This document shows, piece after piece, positions 1 through 12,736 of a stretch of DNA of 64,000 nucleotides. The position numbers and the translations under genes are program-made. The notes below the pieces were generated by a model, which was given only the letters and a program-made list of their open reading frames with translations, was not told where the DNA came from and ran no database searches. Origin of the DNA: Raillietiella orientalis (Eukaryota); the NCBI GenBank assembly GCA_036172245.1, contig JAYWIR010000021.1, positions 2,170,001 through 2,234,000 on the forward strand. Reading direction: 5' to 3'. Numbering within the stretch: the first letter of the stretch is position 1; each line of letters opens with the position of its first letter.

Positions 1-2449
1 GGGAAGAAGAGGTGGCAGTTTCCCTCCACCCCGTTCCAGCGAAGTATGCTGAACCTGCTCCCCTTCACGAGCAAACGCGTCGGCCATCATCCCGTTACTC
101 CCCTGTTAGAACCATCAGGGAGTCTCCCCTCTGCGTTCTCAGCCACTCTCAGCTCCCTCCCCCCCCCCCCCCTTCGAAGCATTTCACGTCGAACCATCCG
201 CCTCTCGTACTCTGTTGACATGTTGGTAGCTAGCTGTAAGCAGGATGCTCTGATGGGGGGAGGGGAGAGGGAGGGAGAGAAGAGCAACGCGCGCAAAAAC
301 TGTTGACTTTGCTATCGCGCCCGAACGCCATGGCAACGCCTTCGGATGCGGAAAACAAGAGGCCCTCGTAAGGAGCAGCGCTCGCGGATTGATAGCGCAG
401 AAGTCGACAACTCGGTTCTTCAGCCTCGCCGAAGAGCACTTTCACGCAGTTCGGGACGGTCTGTTTTGCATACCTTGTGTACAGGTCGACTGCAGCAGCA
501 GCACCGGCGCACGCTCGCAAGAGACACGCGGTCAAAAAAACACAAAAAAAAAAACACTGCCTGCGGTTGCTCATGCGGCACGTACCAGCCGACGCGGCTT
601 CTTTTCTGCTCCCTCTCCCCTCTTTTCTGCTCCCCCTCCCCCCGCGGCTGATTGCGAGCATCGCAAACACTGTTACGCGCGCGGTGGCCAATCACGGAGG
701 GCCAGTCCACGCATTGTTGCGGCGCGTCGCTCCGACGGCACCCGTTGCCCCGGCAGCCCCGCGCGCGCCGGGCCGGGGAACGTGACGCAAGAATGATCCG
801 CACCGGAAGCGTCTTCGCGGGGCGGCAGGCGTCTTGCTCGCGAGGAAGATGCTGGCTGATGCGGAGGAGAGCCGCACCTCCCTCCCTCCGAGACTTCCCG
901 AGCAAAGCGTAGTCGTCGCTGCGGACCGAAGCAACGGTGGAAGAAGCAACCCGACACTTCAAACAAAACATACAAGGACGAAGGTGTACTCCTTCTCACA
1001 AGCTATATATCGCTGCCCGAGTGCAAGCCTACGACGCGATAACAGCAACGGCCGGAGCAGTGTTCGCAAGAGCTCTCCGGCACCGTGTTCTCGCCCTAAA
1101 TTGCACCTTGGAGCAAAGAGAAACGCTCCGTGAGTATCTCTGACTTTGAAAATCGGTTAACGGCTTCCAAGCATTTCGCTGGGATGCTTAATGCACTTGC
1201 GATTGTTTGTCAAACTCTGTCTCCATCTCGAACCTTTCATCTTCTTCCCGGAGCACTGCGTTTTTCTTCCTCTTCAAATGTCACCTTTTTCCCCTCGAGT
1301 CATCAACCCCATCATCCGCACGATCATAAAATCCGCGAGCGTCGAGGCAGAGGAAGTTCTTGCCGAAGAAAAGGAAGGAAAGGAGCGGAAAGCGAAATGA
1401 GCGTGGCGGATGATGTCCTGGAGGACAGAAGAAACGTTGTCGGATGCTGGCGGGAACTTTCGCGGGTAAAAGTGGCTCCAACTTTGCAGGAGAGGTTGCA
1501 CACACCATCACCGTGTTTTTCACCATCTTTCGAAAATTACGTCGCTTGCAGATGCTCGGGACGTCAGGCTCGCGCTGCAATTTGTGTGGAAATAACGTTC
1601 CACGCCGCCTTCCTCAGAGGCGAGGCTCTCTCCTCCGTCCGCTCGGCTCCACGATGATGGATGGCGTTTTGGATGGAACGAAACCATAAACTCGTGCAGA
1701 ATTATAAATTACGGCGAGCCGTCTCCGCTCGAAATCCAAGGTGGAAGTCTTTCGGGAAATTCCTTCGTGCGGATGTGGCAAAATGTGGCACTCGCTGTGG
1801 TGTTCGCGAGCTTCCGTTGTGGTTCTGTAACGTCCTCGGTTCGCGCGCGCGGACCACCGAAAGTGCTGCCCCCCTTCCGAAAGCAGCGGAATGAGCCAAA
1901 CGTAAGGGCGAAGGGAAAGGACGCACGGGGTTTTCCTTTTTTTTTTGTCAAAGAAAGGAAACACGTGAACATCGTGTCCCCGTTCACCAGCGCTCGGGAC
2001 GCATCGTTTCGGAGCACTTCATGTTCATTACGATGGAATTCCAAACGTGAAAGAAGCACACTGCTCGCAAAGCCAAAACACGAAACAAATGCGGCGGCGG
2101 CGCTGTTGCCAAACTGCCCGTCGAGATGAAAATCGCTCGATTCCCCCCCCCCCCTCCCCCGTCCGCGGGTTTCCATGACACTCGGCGGACGACAGCAAGA
2201 AGTGCAGCCAACAGTAATGACACAGCAGTAAGCGTTTATTCAGTAATTGTGGGTCAGAAGGAATAATCCTGTGTGGTTTATAAGCCGGCGTTGATTCCGG
2301 CAGGTTCACTTCTGTCCGTGCTTTCCAATGGGAACGGAAATGGCTTTTGGTCATCGAATTCGAACGTTTGGAGCGACGGCCCCGTCCGTGCAGCGTCCTC
2401 TTTCTCGCGTTTCTTCGCCCCTCCGCAGTTGTGAAAATGGGGGAAACCC

Positions 2450-2452
<3 letters not shown>

Positions 2453-2523
<71 letters not shown>

Positions 2524-2524
2524 A
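2453..2524. repeat. Compound microsatellite (CT)n(CA)n
   Basis: Directly visible. Confidence 0.95.
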
Positions 2525-5500
2525 TTGTTCGTCGTAGGTTTCGTGCCGTCGCTTCCCCGTTTCCGTCAAAGTCTTTCGCGAAAGACCTCGGAAGCGATGG
2601 GGGTCTCCGGCAGAACTCCATCCACCGCTCCGCTCCGCCGCCGCCTTCCTTCGCGCGCGCTCGGTTCGCGCACGCGCCTCGGGGCGCGCGCGGGACGGTT
2701 ATTTTTCCGGGAACGGGCAGATCCTCCGCAGTCGGAACCGGGGGGTATCCATTTTCACGGGATCGGTGCACGGCGGGCCGACCGCAGCGAACTCCCACTG
2801 TTTCGCGTCTGTGCACGCTGCGGAGGGGCGAAGCCATGCCGCCACCCCCCTTTCCCCAATTGCGGGCCGCCGGATCGATCGCGCAGGTGTCGTCCATGAT
2901 GACATACGCAAAGCCGAACCTCCGCATGAATCATGAACTCATGGAGGGCTGCGTGACGCAGCGCCCATTTCCACCCGGAATGCGTCGATCCCCGTCCTCC
3001 ACGCCTGTGGACTCCATCCGTGTGCAGAGCGCGTTGGCAGAGCAACGAGCTAATTGCGGGTGAAATTGGAAGAGGGGGTTGTTGTTGGTTCCCATCGCGC
3101 GCGCCACGACGCGGAGGCTGCGCCCCCGCGTTGGAAAGGGTCGCCGGGAGGGCGGGTGCGCGCAGCCTCGAAAGTTCCGAGCGCGCGCGCGCGACTCCGC
3201 GAGGAGGAAACGTGCTTGGGGTTCGTTCGCGAAAGAGGGAGGGGGTGCGAGATCCGGACAGGAAAGAGGAGCGTCCGCAGGAAAATAAAAGAGAGGAAAA
3301 AAAAAAAAAAAAAACTTCCTGACCTCGTCACGCCGTCACCGAGGTAACCGGGCAGAAGCGTTTCGTGCAACCTTCCGCCTCTCTGCTCGTCCCGAGCGCC
3401 TCTTATCGCGAAGCCGTTTGTTGCATTCCGATGGCTTCTTTATCTGCGCATCTCGCGTGGCAAAACCACGGATGCTGAGCGCCCTGGGGTCAGTCATTTC
3501 CAAGCTCCAGTTTCGCTTGTCAGTCTGCGGGCCAAAACGACCCCTCCTGAACGCAGGTCAGGCAGTGCGCGGGCTCGGAATGTTCGCGGTTTTCCTTCCG
3601 TGACCCGAGGTGGTTGCAGCCAGCAACGCGAGCTCCGCCTTTCACCTTTCCCCCGAGACCACGCGAAACCGGAAGCAACGGCAGCCCCCCCCGCCCTGCT
3701 GCCAGGCGACCGGAGATCTCTCTTTCCTAGCCCTCCCGCTTCCGGTGCAGGATGGCTGCAGGAGCGGGGAAGCCGCGGGGGGGAATTCCACCTCCTCCCC
3801 GGGAGTGGTGCGGCAGGACCCGCGCCGCGAAGACGCGCGCGCCCGCTTCGAGCCGGTGGGTGACCTCGCCCGAGGTCGGCGGGCAGCAGGACGCCCGCCG
3901 TTTCGCCGGCGGCTTCCTCTCCGCCTGCCGGTCGCAAGGCGTGGCCGTTCGCTCACTCGCGTCCCTCCCCGCTTGGATCCCTCACGCCGCACGCTTTGGT
4001 AGCGGGGCCGCGGGATGCCCGCAGACCGCGCCGCGCACTCACCCTTTGCTGGTCGGCAACCGCATCTTTTGCTCCGGAGGGCGAGCCGCCTCCGCCTCGC
4101 GCCTTCCGGACGCGTCCGATCGCCCAGCTTCGGGCGGTTGCAGTAGCTCTTCGGGAGGGACGCGGCGCCGAGCCTTTGGCCACTCCCCTCACTGCCTCGG
4201 AGAAAGTCCGCAGCCTCTGTTCTCTTCCCGGCGGAGATCCTTCCAGGATGGCCCTGCGCTCCCACGCGGACAGGGAGGAGGCGCCGACCGGATGGACGCT
4301 CCGTTCTTGGGCCACCCGGAGGCCTCCTTGCTCCTCCGAATGAGACCCGCTCCCTTCCGGAAGCCGGGGTAGGAGGAGGAACGGAAGCGCTTCTCCAGTC
4401 TGGGGGGACGCCTCCCTGGTCCTCCTCCCTTCGCGGCCCGTTTTTGAGTTGAACTGTGCCTTCCCTCATTCGCTCGTCGTTCTCCCCGTCCCCTCCCTCC
4501 TTCCCTTCCCTATGCCAGGACGGTCCGCGAGCAGAGGCTGGTAACGGGGCAGCACGCCCCAGATGGCGGCGCCGCCCCGATGCAAGTTCAAAGGCGGGGT
4601 CACGAGGGGAGCCTGGGGTCTGCTGGTTGTGCCTTCCCCCCGTCCCCGAACGATGCCAGCGGAGTCGTGGGCAATATTCCGCGCGAGCGGTCCCGGACCG
4701 GGCTGGGGGGAGGTAGGCGACCCACACGAGCACTCAGCTCGAGGCGCGCCACGCGCGCGACTCTCCAGGAGGCGTTGACCGCCGCCGTCTCTTTAGAGGA
4801 GGGGCTGGCAGACAGGCAGAGGCGGAGAGTCCGTGGTATCTCCGAGGGGGTTTCCCTTCTCTCCTCCCTCCGCGTGGGCGCTCGCTCGCGCGGTGCGGAA
4901 GAGTCGTCGCCTTCGACACCCACAGAAGGACGATACGCCATCGCAAGACGCAACCCTTGGCTGCCGAGCCAATCAGAAAGCTCCCGCGTCTCGACGGCGA
5001 CACTCGTCACGGGGCGTGCGGAGGCGGCGGTGCCTCCCGAAGGTGCGCCTGCCTCTCTTCCAGCGTCCGGGACGCTCGCTCGAGATGGGGTCCGGAAGGC
5101 TCCGCGATCGTAAGCCGGGCGAAGAGGGAAACGCAGGCAAAAGATGCGGACCACTTCCGTGGGGACGCAACTCGGACCACAAGCTTCTCGTTCGTTGCGG
5201 GAGCACGTGGTTTCCGAGGCGGACCCGCAGCTCCTCCCGTGCAAGTACTCGAGGTTGGTCCGCTGCTTTCCCAGACGGAACAGCCGCGGCGCCTCCTAAA
5301 CGCGTGGAGAGAGTCCCATGGCGAGGGAAAAGCGAGCCGCTCTCGCAACTTGGTTTCTTCAGCGGCTTTGGACGCCGTTGCCCCGGTGATGAATGAACCC
5401 GCGCCGCGACATCGGCGCGGCAGCCAAGTCGAGGCGTGTCTTCGGCCACTTGCGGTAGAAGTGACAATCGCCTGTCCACTGTCGCTCAGACCTCCCCGGC

Positions 5501-6439
5501 ATGCATGGCCAGACGCCATCCCGGCACCACCTTCAGCTTATTAGGGGAGGACGTGCAACGCGGCTTCAGCCGGGTTTTCGGCACGGATTTGTTCTAGCAG
5601 AAAGAGCAGTCTCTGCTCGCAGGTTCCAACTCCCTGCCACGGAGCGAACTATTTTTGCCTTCCCGAAACGAAACTTCCGTCTGCACGCTGTCGCTGCGCA
5701 ACCCCCCATCTCGCATCCATCCTCACGTTGGAAACAACAAGGGGCAGACGAGAGCATCTCTCGCGATCCACGTGTCCATGCGTTCCCTGACGTGACGAGC
5801 GCATTGCATTGATCCCTCATGACTTCCGGTCGCTCACAGTGGTCCAGCACTTTGCGTCCATCCCTTCATGCTCGGTTTCGCGATGTGCCTACACTCATTC
5901 ATATTCCAAAGTGTGTGCGTGTGCGTGTATGAAGATTTTACATTCACATGTACGGAGTACACGTTCAAACGATGTGACTCAAATGTAACCTGAGGTACAT
6001 TCTCGATGAAGCTCACCGCTCCGAGCATCTATAGTCATGCAGATTTTCAAAGTCCCTCGCGCGCACATCGCTTCCCTACTGCAAAGAAAGGGCATCCTTT
6101 GTTCCCTGTGCTTTTCGCTTCCCCAAATATCGGACTTTTCCGCGGATCGTGAGAGGCTGCAACGCATCCGATCCGAAAGTCTTGCAGCATACGTTCCGTG
6201 TCAATTTATCGATCGGATGAAACAGACCAGAATGCAGGATGCCGGTCTGAATGCCTACCTCCTCATTCGGTTACGTATTGGAATTCAGTTATAGCCGATG
6301 TTTTCAAGTGAATTATTTCTCAATTGAAAATCAAAGCGTTGGAATGTGATATTCTTTATGATGTTGCCATGCCTATCATCATTTCTCTCGGGGACAAATC
6401 GCTGCTCCGGCTTATCGGTCCCGCGGATTCAACGGTTTG

Positions 6440-6700
6440 CTTTTATTAATTTCCCGTCGGCTACTGGCTAGTCTGCGCAGTGTTAGAGTCATCCAATATG
6501 GAGGAGGATGCACTTGCAACCCTTCTTCTTCTGTGGAATCAGATCTGGAAACGGAGGAGGGATTGAATTGCTGCCCACGGTCCAGTAATCCGTGAAGTTA
6601 TTGAGGTCCAGTAGTCTTTTTATGCAGCGAGGGAAGGACTGCGTTTTCCAAGAAGTCCACGCTACATTCTAGATTTTCAATCTTTGGCAGTCATTTGAAT
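6440..6700 (-). mobile_element. Possible very decayed 3' tail of a CR1/L2-type LINE or SINE
   Basis: Minus-strand translation ...RLKI*NVAWTSWKTQSFPRCIK... loosely resembles the 'FKNSFFPRxIxxWN' terminal motif. AATAAA lies downstream at ~6443-6448. Weak. Confidence 0.25.
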
Positions 6701-9261
6701 AAATAAAAAGAGAGACAAAAAGGATGATGGAAAAAAAAAAAAAAAAACGCCGTTGATCCAAATGCAGTCAGTCACGCTCGGAGGTTCCATCGTTAATGCA
6801 AGCATGCGTCTGCAGATAGAAGGAATTCATGAATAATGGTGCTTTTTTAAATCAATCTAATCATAATCCAGAGAAAGGAGAAGCTATTTTCCATGAATTT
6901 TGCATGCAAGTGAACATCGGATGTGCTCTGATATTTATGTTGTTGCATTCATTCAGGTTTCTCAAACCTCGTCGGTCAACATACTGAAGAAGAAGAAAAG
7001 TCTCGAACCGCGGATGCGCAGGGGTGCCCATGCTGTCACAAGTAGCCGTTCGACGTGACTCTTTCGCTACCAATTCGCTTTTAATCTCAATGCGCCCTGT
7101 TTAAAAAGGCTTTATTGAAGTGCACTGATGCTGGTTGCACGACAGGCAAACATAGGGAATGGAGGTCATACGTTCGTTGTGTCCTCTGGGCTGAGTGTTT
7201 TCCATAAATGTGCATTTCACCACGTGGATGAAAGCTACACGACCGAAGTCGTGTAATCCGAGGATTACTGAACTCTGTTGTGCATGCGCACCCAAACCCA
7301 TGTCGCCGCATGTCGGTAAGATTCGAGAGAGAGAGAGAGAGAGGGAGACAGCGACCAAATAGGGACCACTGGTCACTTGCGTTCCTCGAAGCCAATTGCG
7401 AGCATCGGAACGAAAAACGATTTTCCCCACTGATCGATCCTCGGCGTGGAACAACAACCCCTTTTGAAGGTCGCCATCTTGGATCCACTCCTTCGTTCCA
7501 TACTCCGTTTTGGCCGTTCGACTCTTTCTGTGAGATGCTGAACGTTTTTGGAATCGCACTGGAATCCTTCCATCGGCTTCCATGGTTTTTAGACATTCGT
7601 GAATGTCACCTCTGGAGCGCCGTGAGGGGAAAACTGTGAGGGACAATCGAGCTGCGGGGTTTTCGTGAACTCTGCAAATGCAAAGTGAAAGCATCCCAAG
7701 CCAAACGCATCTCGGCAGGACCCTCTGGTTTTCCAACGATCTGACCACTGCGCTGGGTGTGCAGCGGGTGTGCACCGCCCTTCCGCAGGACAGGTTTCCG
7801 CAAGGGCTGGGGGCGGGCTCTTCGGAGACCGACGGGCAGCCACAAAAAACGAGGGCCTCGCGCTCGTCCTCGGTATTCCACGAATTCCTCCTCCTCCTCC
7901 TCCTCGCGCACCCGGGAAAAACTTGTGAACGAACGCTGATCCCATGCGAACCTTCAGAAATGCGACCGAGGTGCTCTGCAACTGCCCTCCCCCCCCCCCG
8001 TACCCTCCAAAAGTTTCTCCTCGGGCTGTAGGCAGTTTCCCTCTTCAGCGTTTCTGTGTGTGTTTTCAACCGGATAATTAATGGATCCCCTCTCTCTGAA
8101 TGTGCCTTTGTACAAACATGAAAGGGACCTCAAAAACAGAGTGCACTAATGGTCGTGGACGTAGCGTCTTCCCATTGTACTTTGATTTTTTAGAGTCTGA
8201 ACTTGTGCACGCTAAAATGCGTGGAAATTTAAGCATGTTCTAAAATAGATTCAGAATGATTTGTTGTGTGATGACGTGCATTACGTTCCGAAGTTGGCTG
8301 TAATAGAAGGGCCCGTCTTGATTCCTCCACCCAATTGTTCTCAATATTATAATTGCAGGGTGTGTAATTATGAGATTGAGGGAGTGAAAAAGCAAGAAAA
8401 AAAAAAAAAAAAGAACGAAAAAGCGATACGATGAAAAAAGGAAGAAAAAAAAAAAATTTGTTTTTCTAAAGACAATCAATAGATTGTATAAATTGGATGT
8501 GCCGAGAGAGAGAGAGAGAGAAATCGGCCAACGGTATGAGTTCATCCAAATCTGAACGAATGCGAAAGTTGCATCCGGAAAAAAAAAAAAGAAAAAGAAA
8601 AAAAAAACCATGTACAGTACACCTTTTCGGACTTTTTCAACATTTCAATTTTTATGGTGCGTGCTTTGCTGGGTGGGACGCGCGCCCGCCACGGGAAAGG
8701 CACACCTAAATCTTTCGGCACATCTTACTGGGTAACCAAGGCAGCAGCAGCGGTCCGTAGCATCCACGGAAGGCCAGCAGCGAGCGCGCTTCCTTTCTTC
8801 CTCCCGTCCCACTCGAGAGGAGCCATCCAGTGCGATCGAACTCTCTCATGTCCTTACGCCCTATCGTAAACTCGGGAACAAAAAGATTGCAGGCATGTCG
8901 GGTTGATCTGTTGCGACTTTCGTTATCAATTTGCCCGGTCCGGAATTTGATTGGTCGCGATCGATGTTTTCCCATCCGCTTGATTTTCCCCGATCGCATG
9001 ATGAGTGATAGATACGCCAGCAGTTCACGGAGAGTAATGAATGGCAAATAAGAACGTATTGTCAGCAGCATGAAGATTTGAGCCACTTGCGCGACGTTCC
9101 CCAACGAGACCTCTCTGCTGACGTCTCGCTCAGCTTCCATCGAGGAGGAATGGGAGAGCCGCACCGGCCGGCAGTGCGGATCAGCAGGGGGCTAAGAACA
9201 AAAGAAGGGGTGCCGTGACCGACCGACTGCGGACGGTTTCGCCTCGGCTCCAAGAGCGCGC

Positions 9262-9262
<1 letters not shown>

Positions 9263-9292
<30 letters not shown>
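9263..9292. repeat. (TGC)n microsatellite
   Basis: Directly visible. Confidence 0.9.
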
Positions 9293-12200
9293 ACCAGGAC
9301 AACCGTGGCCGGCTAGGAAACGGTCCGATGCCCGGCCGTTCGATAATTGTCCCTTTTCCCACGGGACTTCTTCCCGTCCTGTGCCTCCGCCTCGGAGGCC
9401 CGCGGGTCGCATGCACACAGCACCCCCAGAGCGTTGCCGAGTTTTGTTTGCTGCGGGCCGAGTGCCGTTAGCGGTCAGGCAAATTCCGGAAACCTACGCA
9501 GCGCTGCTTTCTTCTGCCCCAAAGTGGTGTGGATCGGCTCCCCCACCCACCAGAAACAGCTGCGGCGGATTCCCTCATGCGAGCCTTCCAGAGTTTCCAG
9601 CAACGATTACCACGCCAAGTTTCTTCGAAACGAGATGATGATGCCACGATAATGGAGCTTTTCCCCAAAAAGCGACGTTTCCAGGAAACGATCGCCCGCG
9701 TTCTGCGCACGCGACGCTGCGTCGATGTGCGTGTGCGCTTTTTTTTTTTTTTTTTTCCTCTCCCGTTTCCCTCGTGATTCCCGCTTCCGGTTCCTCAAAA
9801 GAGTGGGGGAAGGAACACCGCGAGGCTTGGCGAGGAGGAGTCGCCGGCACAACAGCATTGTTGCGGGGCACCTGGGTTACCATTGTTGGCGCATCTGGTC
9901 GCCGTCGCTTGGTCACGCGACGCAGCCTCGCACGACTCGCCGGCCGAGCAGCAGCGCGCAGAATTCAATACTTCCATGTTTTGCAAGCAGCGTAAAATGG
10001 AGACCCCCCCTCCCCCCCCCCTAAAAAAAAAGAACACGGCCCGCAAAATTCCGCAGCTGGAGCAGCCCGAAGTTCCCTCCGACTTTAATGGAACGTGCAC
10101 GCAAAGGACTCCCCAAGTGAACAGTTCATCGGGAAGGGATGCTGCACGAAACGTGCCTTTCCAAGTTAGGCATGCTCCACTGCATCAACCAGATTCCCTA
10201 CAGAGGCAGACCTCGCCAGACTTCACGGTGGCGTGACTGCAGAGCGCTTGTCAACGCTGCTGTGCTTTTTGTTCTCTCGACCGAGAGAGAGAGAGAGAGA
10301 GGAGCTCGTCGCCGTGCGGGCAACGTCCTGCAGGCAGGCAGACCCCGCAGACGACGACGACGACGGCGATGGCGACGACGACGACGACGAGGAGGAGGAG
10401 GCAAAGGATTAGCCGTCGCCGCCGCCGCCCGCGCCGGCGCCAGGGCCGGAATGCGGCCGAGAAGACTGCGGCGCCGCGCCGTTCCGTTCTGGAAGCACGT
10501 GACACACGTTCGCGCGGAGAATGCCGAGGCAGGTGTTCTTCTCTTCGATAGGGCCGCCGTCGTCTGAAGCGCGCAGAAGTGACGTAGCGACGACGCGCGG
10601 CAGGTGAGGTCGGCCCATCCGCTTCCAGGCGTGTGGTGTGTCCGCTCTCGACAGCGCTCGACCTCCGCAGGCGGGCAGAGTGCGTCCACGTCCTTCCCCC
10701 TGCCTTTCTCGCTTTCCTCCTCTCCCTCTTCGGGAAGGGGAAAGGCGACGAACGGCGCGTATCCCCTCCCTCTTCCTCGAGAACCATCTCCCGCCCGGAG
10801 CTCTGCCGCATGCCTCTCTCTCTAGTGCTGCGGTCGGCGCGGTGGCTCTTCTTCCCCCCATACCCTGGCATCCTTCCTTTCCCAGAGGGGGGAAAACCTG
10901 TTGAAACGGTTGTGGCACCACCCCGCCGCGAGACCGCACGTTCCTCCACCTTTGCTGCTGCCGAGCATCCTGCGGTCACCTTTTCTTTTTCCCATCCCAA
11001 GCGAAGGACGGCGGCGATGCAGAAAACGAGTCGTCCCTCCCGCCGTGCCGCTGCGGGTCACTCCTTCCGTTCGCTGGAGCGCTCTCTCGTTTGGGGAAAC
11101 GTCATCCCCTCCCCAATTCAGAGGGGGGGGGGAAGAAGACGGCACGCCGCCCTCTCCCTTCGTTTCCCGGGAGGAGGATGAATCCTTGAGACGGTGCGGT
11201 GGTCTACGCACCCGTCGTCACCAGGCCAACCGATTACTCTGTACCCGCGTGTCACGCATGCAAGGTCTCTCGGCCCGCGCGCGCGTATACGTCTGGGACT
11301 TGCGACCTGGTGGGTTGGGGCGGGGGCAACGGGGGCTGGCTGTAGAAAAATGGGATCCGACTACGTTCTCCGAGGGCACGGCGACGGAGGATGGAGAGGA
11401 GAGCTTCTTCCAGGGAGAACCGGGTGCGCCTGACGAGACGAAGACAGTTGCAGCAAGCAGGCGTTTCCGGCAGCGCCCGCTGCTGCGTGCGTGCGTTCAC
11501 GATCTCGGAGGCTCCCGAGTCCGAGGTTGCATCGATCCCGAGCTCTCTCCCAGGCGGCGGCGGCAGCGGCAGCAGCAGCAGCAACAACAACGGGGGGGGA
11601 AGACGGAAGAGAGGGCAGGAAACCCGCGTGGCCGTCCTGCGACGGCAACGCAGCCAACTCGAAGGACCTCCTCCTCACTCGAGGGAGCAGACGAATACGG
11701 CCTCCGATCTCGCAGGTGCGTCCTTCCGGAGTGCCCAGCGTCCGACTCGGTTTGCGAGCCTCGCTCCTGCGAGGGCAGCACGAATTGACTGCTCGTCAAA
11801 GTGGAGCGTTCCGAATTCGGAGAAATGTGAAAGGCGAGCTCGGAGGACGCGTGTGAACGCGGAAAGCCGAAGAAACGGAAAACGCGCCTCACGATCAAAC
11901 TCCGGGCAGCAACGGCTGATAAGGACACGAGAGAAGCTCTGTGGGAGTTCAAAGTGCCACCGACGACGGTGTCTTGGTTACCCGACGAGAAGAGATGAAT
12001 CGGCTGGAGGAGGCTCGCTCGCCGCGTCCTCCTCTCTCTTCCCTCCCCCCCCCCCCCCCGTCTCCGACACGCAGCCGCGCATCCAGTTCTAACGATTTCC
12101 CCACGAGTTTGGGCTTTAGGAGGATTCCTTTTTCTCACGTCAGAAGCACGGCGCTTGACTTCCGCATATCAACTGCGAGTTCTTGAATTACGATTTTTTT

Positions 12201-12707
12201 TTTTTACCTTGTTGCCCAGGTCCGATCTCATTCCGCGAAAGTTTTCCGCGCTTTGCGAGGCGCAGCCATCTGTCGCTGCGAGAGCGGAAAGATTGATCAC
12301 GCGCGCACTTTGCAGCGAAACGTATTTTATACCCCCGGAATCCCGAATTTCCCATGACGAGCCTCTTTTCGGAGGAGGGGCGGCGGCCCGCATGCGGAAT
12401 CGAAGGAACGCCATTTCGCGTTCCTTCGAAGAGCAGTCCGCCGCGGCGTGCGATCGAAGAGGAAGAAGCGGACGACGCGCTCCGCGATGCGGCGCAGCCT
12501 GGGCGGCCCGCCCGCCGGCCGGGTTGCTCCGGCAACGGCGCGCGGGGGGGGGGGAGTGGCGGGCGGGGGGGAACAGCGCGCCGCTGCATTGTTGCTTGCG
12601 TCCTTTTTTCTTCTTTTCGGGCGCGAAGTTGGCGCCCCAGGGCAACCCGCGCGGCGTGCCGCAGCGCATGCCGGCCGACAGACGGACCAGCAGCAGCATT
12701 GCAATTA

Positions 12708-12736
12708 GGTGGTGGTGGTGGTGGTGGTGGTGGTGG
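12708..12736. repeat. (GGT)n microsatellite
   Basis: Directly visible. Confidence 0.9.

Noticed and set aside
230..574. Minus-strand ORF with a signal-peptide-like start (MSNRRQCFFFCVFLTACLL)
   Set aside because: The hydrophobic stretch derives from poly-T runs, and there is no recognisable domain or supporting exon structure.
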